From NCBI GenBank assembly GCA_965112735.1, contig OZ218953.1:3348001-3412000 (forward strand): DNA of 64,000 bases. Reading direction: 5' to 3'. The translations under genes were made by a program, and so were the position numbers. Of the stretch, positions 25,102 through 39,541 are shown in pieces. Within the stretch, counting starts at the first letter, position 1. Every line of letters starts with the position of its first letter. The notes under the pieces are model-generated. The model was not told the origin of the DNA, searched no databases, and was given only the letters and a program-made list of their open reading frames with translations. The stretch comes from Phaeosaccion multiseriatum (taxonomy: Eukaryota > Protista > Ochrophyta, other classes).

Positions 25102-25290
25102 CTCGCCAGTTGGGCAGCAGAAAGGTGATACTATTCGACCAAGCAGGCAAAAGAGCCTTCTGTCGTGAGGAAGAGCGAAGGATTATGGAAGATTGAGGGG
25201 GGATGGCAGTGGATGGTTCCCGCGCGTCGTCGATCGATATCCCTCTCGTCACCACGCGGACAAAATTAAAGGGCGTGTCCCCCACCCCGG

Positions 25291-27190
25291 ATGTTCCGAA
25301 GCAACAGCACGAACACCAGCAGCCTTCGTAGAGCTCAGCAGTCCTTATTCTACATCCTCTCCATCTTCTTGTTGTTCTTCCAGCCGCTGACTCAAGCCTT
25401 CAGCAACGCCTTGCCCTTGAAGGGAACACAGAGCGCTATTGCCAACCCTTCCCGAGCCGGAAGGACGCCAGCCCGAGCAACAGCATCAAAAAGCATGGCT
25501 GGTCCATCCGATTCCAAGGCGTACGATTTGGTGAGAGCCGCGAGAGGCCTCTGAGGCTGCTGGAATGCGCCGCTCCCTCCCGACCCATTTCTCTTCCCGA
25601 CACGATTTTCCATCCCTTGTCGCACCCCTCTCACCTTTGCTTGCAGGTCGTGTACGGCGCCACGAGCTTCACAGGCAACATTGTCTGTGAGTACCTCTTG
25701 AAGGAGTACGGGGCGGAGCCTTCGGACTTTAAGTGGGCGGTGGCAGGGCGCAACAAAGAAAAGGTGCGGACGCAAATACCACAAAAGGTTCATGTTGAGC
25801 TGAGACACGAGGGCACGGGCAAGGCAAGCTGCTAAAAGAAGCCACAGAAAGGCCTCTACCCGCTACTTACGCCGCTGAACTGCTTTGTCCCTATCTAGAA
25901 ACCCCTCTACCTGGTCTAAATGGTCCTCTCCCCAGTCTTTCCTTTCTTCCGAGAGAGAGCAGCTTTGCCCCTCCCCCAATCTCCTATCCCCCCCTTTCTG
26001 TCTATCTACCCCCTTTCCCCTGATGTTCCCTCCCACCTCCCTCCCTTGGCACACCTCTATCCTGCATGGTGCTGCTGTGAATGCGTCATCCGCCTGCCCC
26101 GCCCTCCCCTCGGAGCAGCTGGGTCAGCTGAAGGCCGATTTGGGCGAGCAGGCCAACGACGTACCTGTAATCATTGCAGACAGTGACGAGCCCGACACTC
26201 TGGAGCGCATGTGCCAGCAGGCCAAGTGCATCATCACCACCGTCGGGCCTTACTCGCTGTGAGTAGTGAGAGTAGGCGGGGTCGGACTAGAGGTGGATGG
26301 TTATTCGTTCGTTCGTTCCTTCGAGGGTTGTCCCTCCAACGTCGGCGTACACATCATGGAGCGCAGTGTGGGCGTGTGCGCCCCCTCCCCTCAACTCATA
26401 GTGGTCTTTCTTTCGTGCCTTCGTTTGCCTCTGTCAAAGGTACGGAAATGACCTCGTGGCTGCAGCAGTACGTAACGGCGTGCACTGCTGCGACTTGACG
26501 GGCGAGTCCCCCTGGGTCAGGGACATGATCGACAGGCACCACGAGGAGGCCGAGAGGACAGGGGCCAAGATCGTGTGTTCGTGCGGCTACGACTCTGTGC
26601 CAGGTCAGCAGCGCCGTTGGCGAAGGGAGGCCTCGCCTTTTGTCTTGTCTTGTGTGTGCAATCTCCTTAATAGATACTGCCCCCTCCTTTATTCCCTTTT
26701 TGTAACTCTGTCTATGTGCTAGTCTGTCTCGTCTCTTTTGTATTCCTTTCTCACCCACTCGCTACTCCCTCCGTCCCTCTCTCGAGTCTCTTTCCCTCTC
26801 TCTCACTCTCCCCGTCCCTCTCTCCCTCCCCCCCCCCCCTCTCTCTCTCTCCATCTCTTCTCATTCATCAGCTGATCTGGGAGCCTTCATGATGAGGGAG
26901 CACCTCAAGGACAAGTACGGCAAGGCCATGCGTGAGTGCAAGTAAGTACGCACGTAAGCCCCACATAACCTTACGTCAAAGACGAGAGGAGGGGAGTAAG
27001 GAGGCACAAGCCAAGCATGCTGACCTCCGCTCGCCGTACCGCCCACGCCCACGCCCACGCCTCCTCCCTCCCCTCCTCTGACTCTGACTCGTCGACAGAT
27101 CTTACATGGCTGAGAATAGCGCCGACACCAATGAGGCGGGCCTGAGCGGGGGGACGAGCAACAGGTGGGAGGGAGAGAAGAGAAGAGAGG

Positions 27191-27237
<47 letters not shown>

Positions 27238-28324
27238 TTTGTTTGTCGGGGAGGGAGGACGGACAGGGTGTGTAGTATTCCGGGGCGGCCAATGCTCATG
27301 CTGACTGACGCTAAGGCGCTTCCTTTTCTCTTGCTCTGCTCTACCCATGTGCCTCTGCTCTACCCATCCGCCTCTGCTCTACCCTTCCGCCTCTGCTCTA
27401 CCCATACGCATCTGCTCTACACATATGCCTCTGCTCTACCTATATGCCTCTGCTCTACCCATACGCCCCTGCTCTACATGCTTCTTCCCTGCTCTGCCCT
27501 GACCCTGTTCCGTCCCCTGTCCCTGCTCTCTGCTCTCTGCTGTGCAATAGTATCGAAGTTATCGCCAAGATGATGTGGGAGGGAGGCATGAAGACCATCA
27601 AGCAGCTATCGAGCCCCCTCTACCTTACCACGAGCGACACCTCTGCCCCTCTACCCGAGGGTCTGTCCCGCTCCGTGACGGGGTTTGGCTACGACAAAGA
27701 CGCCAACAAGGGCAAGGGAGGGTGGACAGGCCCCATGCCTCTCGCCAATCACGACGCTAAGATAGTACAGCGGTCCAGCATGTTGCTCGGTGAGGAAGGG
27801 AGGGAGGGGAGGCAAGGGAGGGCTTGAGGGCGGGAGGGCAGGGCTTTGTCTCTCTTTGATTGAGCTTCTCGTGTGTGGAGCTTAGTACTCCTCGTCCCCA
27901 CCCTCTTGCTCGGATACTTGTCTCCCCAGGGGGGTACGGCGGCGCGGACAAGCCCTGCTCGTACTCCAACTCCATTCTCATGCCCGGGAAGATCGCGGGC
28001 TTCTTTGGTAAGTGTGGCATCAAAAAGACATGCTTTCTTTCCTTTTGATATACTTCTTTCCGCTGCTTGACCCCCACCCCTGCCCCTACCCCCTCCTCCT
28101 CCTCCTCCTCCTCCTCCCTCCTCCTCCTCCTCCTCCTCCTCCTCCTCCTCCTCCTCCTCCTCCTCCTCCTCCTCCTCCTCCTCCTCCTCCTCCTCCTCCT
28201 CCTCCTCCTCCTCCTCCTCCTCCTCCTCCTCCTCCTCCTCCTCCTCCTCCTCCTCCTCCTCCTCCTCCTCCTCCTCCTCCTCCTCCCTCCTCCTCCTCCT
28301 CTTTTTCTTCTTCTTCTTCTTCCT

Positions 28325-28355
<31 letters not shown>

Positions 28356-29152
28356 TCGTCCCCCCTTCGCAGCCGGCCTCGCGTTGACCTCGGTGATCAA
28401 CGTTTTCAGCGCCCTCTTCTTTCTGCCTCTCACTCGCCCCTTCGTGCGCAAGCTGCTGCCCGCCACCGGCAGCGGCCCGAGCAAGAAGTACCGCGAGTCG
28501 AGCAAGTGGTTCCTCGACTTTGTTGCTCGCTCCTACCCTGGGGAGGACGGCAAGGAGGTGGCCATCAGAGGAAGAGTGGGGAGCGACAAGGGCGACATGG
28601 GGTGAGCGAGGGAGGGGGTGAGCGTTAGGATGAGGGAGGAGGGAGGGAGGGAGGGAGGGAGGGAGGGAGGGAGGGAGGGAGGGAGGGAGGGAGGGAGGGA
28701 GGGAGGGAGGGAGGGAGGAAGGAAGGGCGTGAGCGAATATATTGAGTGAGGGAGGAAGGGAGTGCTCGAGTGAGGTTTTGAGTGATTGAGAAAGACATGT
28801 GTGAGGAAAGAGGGACTGATGCCGATCTCTGGGGAAGGGGAGTTAGTGTGTGCGTGTGTGTGTGGTCCGAGCTCTGGGGATGGGTAGTGGACGACAGGAC
28901 GGACTCGGCTCGAGCCCTCCTGCCTGCTGACCCCACGCAACTTACACGTCCCTCACGCTCACGCACCCACACAGGTACAACGAGACAGCAAAGATGCTCT
29001 GCGAGAGCGGCTTGGGCCTCGTCCTCGGTGCCCAAGGACAGGAGGCACCGTCCCCCCGGGGGGGCGTGTTGGCGCCCGCTTCTGCGCTGGGACATGTGCT
29101 GCTGGCGCGACTACGGGCAAAGGGAATGACCTTCGAGGTCACCGAGGGGTAA
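25291..29152 (+). CDS. Saccharopine dehydrogenase-like oxidoreductase (SCCPDH/trans-acting enoyl reductase family), 10 exons, probable plastid presequence
   Basis: YDL|VVYGATSFTG, WAVAGRN, TTVGPYSL|YG, DLTGE, SCGYDSVP|ADLG, GLSGGT, GSGPS, DMG|YNETAKMLCESGL, GGVLAPASALG. In-frame ATG at 25291 adds signal + QA|F. Second Met at 25495. Confidence 0.92.
27334..27478 (+). repeat. 19-bp minisatellite (CTCTGCTCTACCCATNNGC) x ~8, intronic
   Basis: Read directly. Confidence 0.9.
28093..28350 (+). repeat. (CCT)n microsatellite, intronic
   Basis: Read directly. Source of the poly-P/L/G ORFs in the track. Confidence 0.95.
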
Positions 29153-29684
29153 AGAGTGACATCAAGGGGTGCAGGGTGGAGCCACCCTGCCAGGGAAGTG
29201 ACTGACTCCCTCATGGGGCGGAGGTCTACACGTTCACGGCCGTTGTGCCGCCTGCGAAGGGCCGAGAGTGACTTGCACGGAGCTACAAGTAGTGACGCGG
29301 AAAGTCAGTAAGTCAGTGACTCAGTTTATCTGGCAAAAGATCAGTGAGTCAGCAACTCAGCAAGTCAGTGAGTCAGGCACTGGAGCCGCTGGCAGGGAAA
29401 GGCCTCAGCGCGGAGGAGCCACATGCAAACATGCCCACATGCTCGGATAGGACCGTGGGACCATGCGACAGTCCCACCGTGTGGGCTGTGGGATATGGGA
29501 ATACACCATGTGGGCTGTGGATTATCAAATATCGGAAGAAGAAGCCACAGATGATGATAACGTGTGTGTGCAAAGGGAAGCCAAGGCAAGGCAAGGCAAG
29601 CAAAGGCAGTCCAAGTATAGGTTATAGATTGCAAGCATTTAATTTTTAAGCCTTTCTATTTCTATTACTGTTACTACTCTACTG

Positions 29685-31060
29685 TTAGCCACGCGCAGTC
29701 GTGACGATGGGGGGTAGAGTGGGTGCACTCTTTGGTATGTTGGGAGTGCGTGGGGTTGGTGACCCCGCCCCACTCACGCTGTTGTTGTCTGTATGGAAGC
29801 TGGCGCTCCTGAGGTTCTGTCTCTCTCTGTCGTCGAGTGCGAGCGGTTTGCTGTGACAGAGGCCGGGTGGAGGGGAGGGGAGGGAGGAAGAAAAGAGAGT
29901 CGGAGGGAGGAGGAAGGCGAACAAGACAACACACAGAGGAAAAGGTGGAGTCGTCTAAAGCACGTATATATATTCTCGCGCATACTCGCACCCACGCAGG
30001 TACGCACACACATAACACTCACAAACCACACACACACACACACGCACACACATAACACACACACCCACACACACACACACACACACACAACACTCACAAA
30101 CCACACACACACACACACACGCACACACATAACACACACACCCACACACACACACACACACACACAACACTCACAAGCCACACACACACACACACAGCAT
30201 GCAGCATACACACACATGCACCCGCATCATCGCGGCAAGCGAAAGAGAGTCACGCAGAGCCTTAGAAAGTCGTCCCCTGCCCTCTGCCCTCTGCTGCCAT
30301 CCCCTCTCACCTGCCCAGGCTGCCCCTAGTCCCCACTGCCTTGGGCCGCTGCTCGACGCTGACCTCTATCTTCTGCTCCCACGGCGGCAGACTGGTCCAG
30401 GGGGGAAGGATTTGTAAGCCGTGGATGAAGCGACAACGGAGGTGTCATGACCGGCGAGAGTGGGGGCAGCCACAACCGAGAGAGAGAAAGAGAGAGAGAG
30501 AAAGAGAGAGGTAGAGGTAGGAGAGAGAAAGAGATAGAGAGAGATCCACTCCATGTGCCCACCCACACGCACGCACGCAGGCCTACACCCGCCCCACACT
30601 TACGCACCTGTACTGCGGCTTGAGCGACAGCTGCGCCTCGGCGGAGGCCCCCATATCGAGGCTATCGAAGCGGGACGGGGTACTCTCAACTGAGTCAGAC
30701 GCGATGGCCGGCTCCTGCAGCGTGATGTCTTGCACCTACAGCAGTTGGTGATACACCAGCATTTCCGAGGGAGGAAGTCAGGGTGAGTGGGTCAGTGGGT
30801 GAGTGAGTGAGTGAGTGAGTGAGTGAGTGAGTGAGTGAGTGAAAACGTGGGTGAGTGCAAGGGGTGTACGAGTAAACAGACCCCGCACATGGTGTAATAG
30901 ACTGGCCCCACCAAGTGGCTGATGCAAGAGTAGTAGTGAGCACGGCCTAGCTTACCTGTATCTTGTCCCATTTCACTGTGTGAAGCTCTTGGTCCTCAGA
31001 TGCGTTCTGACTCGACTCGCGGCAGCTAATCGCAAGGGACGAGAGCACACACACACGAAT

Positions 31061-31130
<70 letters not shown>

Positions 31131-32690
31131 AGAGAGACAACAAGAGGAGTCATTAAGTGAGTGGATTGGGTCCTCTTCTGTTGTGCAGAGGCGAGGAGGA
31201 GGAAGGCGCGGAAGGCGCGTGCCACGCCGAGCCCGACTCTCACCTGTCAAGAAGACTCTCATTGAGTCCCAGGGGGGGCAGTGGGGAGCTCCGACTCTCC
31301 ACCATGACGCCTCGGATATCGTTGGACCACGACTCAGCCTCGATGTCGCATAGAAGCTCCGTGTCGATGCTGAGGGAGTCCATCTCAACGTTCTGGTACG
31401 ACGCATCGGCTTAAAGAGAGAGGGAGGAGGGCAGAGGGCAGAGGCGAGGAGGGGAGGAGGGGAGGAGGGGAGGAGGGGAGGAGGACAGAGGGGAGGAAGG
31501 GAGGCGAGGAGATGAGGGGGAGGGGTAAGAGCAGAACTTCTGGTTTGTTTGGCACGAGTGTGAGTGGGGTAGATGAAGGGAGCTGTACTGTTGTATATGT
31601 CAGGACTCACGCGCACACGTACGCAAATACGCACCAAGTATAACGTCGACAGCGCCGCAGTCGATGAGCACCTGCCGAATCTCCTTCTTGCACGTAAGGC
31701 TCCTCAGTGCGCTGGCGCAGTTGTTGCGCACCAGAGAGTCACCGAGCTCGGCAAGACGCACCAGGCAGGGAATCACGCCCTCTTCGGCCTGGGGGGAGGG
31801 AGGGAGGGAGGGAGGGAGGGAGGGAGGGGAGGGAGGGAGGGGAGGGAGGGAGGGAGGGAGGGAGAGAGGAGAGGGAGGGGAGGGTGTGTGGGAAGGAGGG
31901 TGCATGGGAGAGGGGAGTGGGCGCGTGTGTAGCATCGTGTGGCGTGGCCTGGCGTGAAGTGGAGTGACGTGGAGCGAGATTAGTATCACTCACCAGCTGC
32001 GTGTGATTGCCGGATATGCAGAGCAGATTCCGCAGCGCCGCAGAGGCGCGGAGAGGCACGTCCACAAGCTCGGTCGAGGGAGAGCTGTCCAAAGTTAAAG
32101 CACATCACATCATGTAAGCGTACGGAAGGGGCGGGCGTGGGCGGGTGGGTGGGTCCGTGGGTAGATGAGTTGGTGGGTGAGTGGGTAGATGAGTAGGTAG
32201 ATGAGTTGGTAGGTGAGTTGGTAGATGAGTTGGTAGATGAGTTGGTGGGTGAGAGAGTGAGTGAGTGAGTGAGTGGGTGAGAGAGTGAGTGCTGAGGGAT
32301 AAGGGCGCGACTCAACCTTCACATGTGACGCGCGTGTAGCAAACACACACATGCGTACACACACACACACACGCACACACGCACACACGCACACACACAA
32401 GCACACACACATGTACACACACACGTACACACACAAGCACACACACATGTACACACACATACACACACATGTACACACACATACACACACATACACATAC
32501 ACACACATACACACACATACACACACATACACACACATACACACACATACACACACACACTCACACACACACACACACACACACACATCCACACACACAC
32601 ATCCGCACACACACACACACATACACACACACACAACACACACACACACACACACGCACACATGCACATGCATACACATACACACATACA

Positions 32691-32743
<53 letters not shown>

Positions 32744-35700
32744 GCATACCTATGTACGAGGTCCATGATGACGCTGCCCGCTCCGTGCTGCACCATCCGT
32801 GCCGTGTTGACTTTACCCATCGACAAGTTGCACAGTGCCAGCGCCTGGTGGTGATGGGGGGGGGGGGCACAGAGAAGAGCAGAGCAGAGCAGAGCAGACA
32901 AGGGCGGAGGGGGGTGGGAGGGGGGTGAGAGGGACAAAGAGGACACACACACACTCACGGGGACTCCCTACCTGCTCTCTACGAATGTTGCTAAAGTCCT
33001 GTACTTCCTTGCTCGCCCTGCGACTGCCGCCCCCCCAACCGCCGCCTGCAGCATCAGCAGCAGCAGCAGCAACAGTTGGTGATACACCGCCACCAGTACC
33101 CGTCTCCGCCTCCTCCGCCTCCTGCATCGCCTCCCCACTCTTCTTCCACATGAGGAAGCAGAGCCTCGCACACCCCTTCCTTACGGCCTCCTCCCTGGCC
33201 TGGTCGCAGCAGCTCAAGTTCAACGTTACGGCGCTGAGGTACTTTAGTGCGGCGCTGGGCAGGGTCGGCGCCTTTGGAGGGGGGGGGGGGGGGGCAGGGG
33301 AAGGGGGGAGGGGGGAGTAGGTAGGGGTGAGTTGGTAGGGGTGAGTTGGTAGAGGGAAATAGGGAGGAAGAGGAGGGGAATGGGTGGGTGGGTGGGCCAG
33401 GGCTGAGCATCATTTCAACTTTGCGCGTGTCCGTGTCTCTTGACGGCATGTGTGCATACGTAAGATGACGTACTTGCAGGAATATGCCGATGAGGGTGAT
33501 GACGTCATGGTCCGTCACGAGGGCGCCATTGTCCGCCCCGCAGGAGCTCGCGTACAGCACCTTTTGAGATGAGCGGAAGGCCAAGCATGCAGGCATATGG
33601 GCAGGCAGACAAACGAGAAGAGGCATATGGGTGGGGAGGGGAGAGGAGAGAGAGACCGCAGGGCAGACGAAGAGGAGGGGGAGGGAGAGGAAGAGTGAAC
33701 CGTGACTCTCCCACTCGGGAGCGAGAAAATACTAGAAGACTGCAAGGACTGACTGACTGACCGACCGACCGACTACTTTCTTTCGGACTGAAAAAATGTC
33801 TGACTTGAGGTTCTGAGCACTGACCTGGGCGAGCTGTGTGCATATTCGCTCGCTGAGCATGGAGAGCTCTCCGAAGGCGGAGAAGGTGCCGGTGTCTAGC
33901 ACGGCGTTCCTGATTCGGGCATTGCATGCGGTTGGGCCCAGGCAGTTGGAGTTGGAGTTTGATATGTAGGGCCCCGTGGGGGTGTCCGTTGTTTCCGTAA
34001 AGAAGTAGGCAGGGGAGGGCCAGTAGAGGAGTGGAGGGGGGGGGGGGGGGCACGATGATTGGGGGGGGGGGGAGACATCCCGAGGCAGAAACCCAAGTGC
34101 GCACACACACACACATACACACCTTGCGTTGACGTCAAGAGCCAAGTTGGTGAGCATGCAGCTGTAGGCGAACAGGAGAGGCTCCATCGACTGCCATCCC
34201 AGCCAAGGGAGGGGGAGAGATGCGGACACGGGTAGGGAGTGAGTGAGTGAGTGAGTGAGTGAGTGAGTGAGTGAGTAAGCGAGCAAGCGAGCTTCAGCAC
34301 AGCAATACCTGCCCTCCTGCCTCCCCTCCTCCCCACCCTCCTGCCCACCCAAACCCACCCACCCACCCCCCATTGACATAATCCGCCCACCTTCTCCTGC
34401 ATGATGTCGTCCATAGCCAGCTGCTCGAGTATGCGGTGCTGCAGCATCTGTCCCCTTGCCTTGGCCACTGTGGACACGAGGAAGGCAATGCGCAGGCCAG
34501 CTCGACGCACCTCCACGTCTGTTTGGTGAGGGCATATGGGAGGCATATGGGAGGGTATGGGTGGGTATATAGTTATGTAGGTATGTGGGTGTACGTATAT
34601 GGGCAAGGTTTACGGGCAGGTATTAGGTAAGGGCAGGCATATGGGACAGATGGTTGCACGCTCGCTCGCTCGCACGCACGCATGCACGTACGCACGTGCA
34701 CATTCAGGATCCGTCAAAGCAGCCACGAGGATACGACAGACCAAAACCAGAAGCCATGGAACGGAAAAGAATCCATAGCATTGAGCCTCATACAGGCATA
34801 CAGGCATACAGGCATACAGGAGTGAGAAAGGCGCAGGCATATGGGAATGCAGGTCGATGGGAGGCTAATGGGCAGACAGGATGTGGTCGGTCGGTACCTT
34901 TGCTCTCCAGTGCCGCGGGTAGGATGTGCACGGAGTCATAGGACACGCGTTCGAGCCTCTCCAGCTGCCGGACAGAGGCTGCTGTCTTCTTCACCGGGAT
35001 GACGGACTTTGCGAGGCCGTCGCCGGAGCTCGCTCTGGGGGGAGGGGGAGGTGAGGAGTGAGGGGAAGTAGAAGGGGAAGAGGAAGGGGAAGAGGAAGGG
35101 GAAGAGGAAGGGGAAGAGGAAGGAAAAGAGGAAGGGGAAGAGGAAGGGGAAGAGGAAGGGGAAGGGGAAGGGGAAGGGGAAGGGGAAGGGGAAGACGGAG
35201 GGGAAGAGGGCAGAGGAAGGAAAAGAGTGTCAAAGGGAGCGCAAGGAGGAGAAAGGAAGGAGGTGGAGGAGGTGGAGGAGGAGGAGGAGGAGGAGGAGGA
35301 GGAGGAGGAGGAGGAGGAGGAGTTTGGGGAGGGGGAGGGGGCTTAGCTGTAGCTGCACTCATCGCTGCGAAGCTGCTGAATCATAGACAGGCTTCTCTGC
35401 TCTGCTCTGGTGTGTGGTGCGGTGATGTGTGCCCCTGCCCATAGGCCCATACATAATGATACAACGTTGTACAATAGCTTCCACTCACTTGGCCAGGAGC
35501 AGGATGTTGTTGATGGTCTTGACGGCCAAGCGGCAGGTTTCCGCATCCTCGCTTTTGCACAGCGTATACACCGCCGCCATTGACTTGGGGGTGGCGATCT
35601 CTGTCCAGAACTTACGGCTGAAGGGAAAGAGGAGGAGAGGGGAGGGGAGGGTGTGAGCGTGTGCGTGTGCGTGTGTGTGTAGGTGGAAGCGAGGAAAGGA

Positions 35701-36860
35701 CTCTCACTTTCGCTTTCTCTCTCCCTCTCTCCTGCCCCCCCCCCGGTGGTACTTGGCCCATCTATGTCAGTGCGCACATCCCAACCCAACCCAACCCAAC
35801 CCAACCCAACCCAACCCGGCCGAGCCCAGCCAATGCAGTAGGCCCCACTGCCCGACCAATCAACCAACCAACCAACCTGAGATGGCAGAGGGCGAAGGCG
35901 CAAAGCCTCTGCACTTGCAAGTCCTCGTAGCCCGACATGACCGCCAGGCCCCACACCACGCCATCTGTGACCATCCCCGCGTGGGCGCTCTCCGCAAACA
36001 GGAGGTTCATGACCGCCTTGGCGCAGAGGCAGCGGCAAAGAAGGGAGTCGCAAGCCACCATCGCTGTGATGAGAAGCACCTTCACGCCTCCAACACTGGT
36101 TATGGCCAGCTCCTGCGGTAGGGGGTAGGTGGGTGGGTGGGTGGGTGGGCAGGAGGGTCGGCAGGAGGGTAGGTGCTGCTGTGCCAATTGTCCCATCACT
36201 CACTCACTCGCTATTTCACTCACTCTCTCACTCACTCCTTCCCTTCCTCCCTTCCTCCCTCCCTCCCTCACCTGTCCTGGGTCGGAGGAGAGGTTGCACA
36301 GAATGGCGGCACACCCAGTCCTCATCTCCTCATTGGGCTTGCTGATGAGGCGAATGAGATGTTCGGGGGCGCCAACTTCCATGAGCAAGCGCCGACCCTC
36401 CTCTTCACGCGAGATGAGGAAGATGGATATGACGATGCGCTGCTGAGTGTCGATATGTTCGAGTCGGGAGAGCTCCTGTAGAGTGCTCACAAAGCTCTAA
36501 GGGGAGGGGGGGGGGGAGGGAAGCGCTTAGCCTTCTGCTTCGCTTTGACGTGCATTGCGAGTAGCGACATGCCTCAGTCAAGCAGCTAGCAACTGCCATA
36601 AAGCAGTGTGCGCGTGTGCGTGTGTGCGTGTGTGCGTGTGTGTGTGTGTGCGTGTGGCCTCACCTTGGTGATGACCCCAGCGGGAAGGGTGTGCGAGAGC
36701 AACATGCGCTGGAGGATGGACATACATTGGACCTTCGTGTGGAAGCTCCCCACCTTTGTGGAGGTGAACGAGCAAGGTCATCGCACAGGGAGGTACGGTA
36801 ACGTCATTCGAGCGGTGCAAGCATATGAGAAGGAACAAGTCAGGGACCTTCTCCGCATGT

Positions 36861-36896
<36 letters not shown>

Positions 36897-39456
36897 GCGT
36901 GTGCGTGTGCGTGTGTGTGTGCGTGTGCGTGTGCGTGTGCTGTGCACGCATACGCGTAAGTATACATGCATGCGTGGGTTGGACGGTGCTGCCCAAGCGT
37001 ACGTACCTCTGCCAGGCTGATGATGGGAAGGAGCGCTCCCGCCTCGATCATGATGGCGCAGTTGAAAGGGTTCCGCGCCAGTCCGTACAGAGCAGCTGCG
37101 CAGTCCGCCTGTTTGGTCCAAGGGCGTCGGGACAAAGGGCGTGTGAGGGCGTGTGCGAAGGAGAGAGGAAAGGTTGCAGAGTGGAAAGGCTCGCTGCCAT
37201 GTGCCCGACTCAGACTCAAGACCAGCACAAGTGGAGAAGGAAGACGGGAGACGGGACCCCCGAAAAGGAGGTCTCGCATGTACCAAAGGGGTGCATACGA
37301 CTGGGCCCTTGCTCTAGCGGTCCCGCCCTGCCTTGGAAGCCCAACTCTCTGCCTCTCTCTCTCTCTCCCTCTGTATCCCTCTCTCTCTCGCTGTATCTCT
37401 CTCTCTCATTCTTCGCCCTTCTCTTCCTTCCTCTCTCCGTCTCTCTCCCCCCCTCTCTTATCCCTCTCCCTCTCTCTTCCTCCCTCTCTCCTTCTCTCTC
37501 TCCCTCTCTCTCTCTCCCTCTCTCCCCCTCCTCCCACGCGTGCTGACGGACGGACCTTTATCTCTGCGTTTCCTTCCTTTTGGAGCAGATCCAACAGCAC
37601 CAGAATGGCGTCCTGCGCTCGCTCAATACAGGGGTTGATCTTCGTGAGAGTCCAAATCGCCGCCACACAGAGCTTGCACACCACGGTGTTGCCCTCCTGC
37701 GGTCACGGAGGGGGGGGGAGGAGGGAGGGAGGGAGGGAGGGAGGGAGGGACCAGTATCAGCACCACTCTGCCCCTGACAGTCGCGTAAAGAGGAGGCAGT
37801 AGAAGAAGCAGCACCAGCAGAAGCAGTTGGGGATACAGCAACTCTCCTGGCCTCCCCTCCTGTAGTGCCCTCTCGTTTCCTTACGCTCAGGTCAGCCGAG
37901 AGGGAGGGAGGGATAGGACTAGCTGGTCTTACCTTGGCCATGCCCAAGAGAGCGGCGACGATGGCCCCGTTGCTGACGAGGGGAGCATCAACCATACCGG
38001 GTCTGAGGAGTAGGGATAATTGCGAAGGGAGCAGGGAACAGGGAGCAGGGAGAGCAAGGCGATGAGAAGAGTCCCAGGGTCAAGAGTGTCACGATTTAGG
38101 TTCAGTCCCGGTCACGTACCACCTACCTCATGCCCACACACACACATGCAGCACACACGTGCACACACGTGCACACACACACGCGCACACACACGCACAC
38201 ACACACACACGCACACACACACAAACCTGACGAAGATGAGGTACATGGCGAGCGCTGCCCAGGCTTTGGTCTCCTGCCAAGTGGCCCTCGCCAGGGCTAT
38301 CAAAGCCCCCATCACACCCTTCAGTCAGAGGGGGGAGAGGGGAGAGGGGAGAGGGGAGAGGGGGGAGGGGAGAGCCCCGCTGGTCAGACTCGGAGGGGAA
38401 AGGGGTGGGGGAGGGTCTTGGCGGCCCGTGTGCCTTCGTAGGAGCGTCCTGTAGCTCTGTCGCTCTGATTCGATGTATGTATGAATGGATGAACGAATGG
38501 AAAGCCTGTCTTCCCGTCCTGCCCCTTGCCGAGGCGAGATCTCCCTACTCACCCGACTCACCCACCTACCCACCCACGCACCCACCGACCCGCCCACCCA
38601 CACCCACGCACCCACCCACTCACGCACCCACTCACGCACCTGCTCGAGGAGATAGTCAAGGTCCATACCGCTCTTGATCAACGTGCAGAGGCAGTGCGCG
38701 CAGTGCGCTTGGGTCTCTTCGTCGTTGCGCCTGGTGCATGTGCATGGGGGAGGAGGGAAGGAGGGAAGGAGGGGAGGAGGGGAGGAGGAGAGGAGGGGAG
38801 GAAGAGAGAAGGGGAGGAGAGAAGGAGAAGAGGAGGGGAGGAGGGGAGGAGGAGAGGAGGGGAGGAAGAGAGAAGGGGAGGAGAGAAGGAGAAGAGGAGG
38901 GGTGGAGGAGAGGAGGAGAGGAGGATAGGAGGAGAGGAGGAGAGGAGGAGAGGAGGAGAGGAGGGTTGGAGGGGTGGAGGAGAGGAGGAGAGGAGGGAAG
39001 GAGGAGAGGAGGTGAGGACTTGTCTTGTTCCCAACGGAAACGGAGACGAACGGCCCTATCCCACAGCTCCTTTCTATCTCCCTCCCTCCCTCCCTCCCTC
39101 CCCATGAGTAGAAGCAAGTGGTCCTCCATGATAATGCCAGAAGAAGGCACCGTACGGCCGAGCTGCTAGCACAGTCACCCCGGGGGGGACGAGAGGAGAC
39201 AAGCTCCGAATTGGCGACGACGATACCGACCAACCACACCACGTCCCTCACTCACCCACCCATCCACCCACCCGCCCACCCACCCACCTGCTGAGGAGCA
39301 GCAGGGCAGGCATGGCTCCCCCGGCCACGATGAACTCTGCGAAGGGCTTGTCTTGCGCCAGTACCACAAGCGCCAAAGCGCAAAACCGCCGCACGATGAC
39401 GTCAGCCTTGGGGGGGGGGTCGACAAGTCGGCAAGAGGAAGAGGATGTTGTGGTGG

Positions 39457-39541
<85 letters not shown>

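Noticed and set aside
27334-27478. 19-bp repeats as a CRISPR array
   Set aside because: Head-to-tail units with no unique spacers, inside a eukaryotic intron, and no cas genes.
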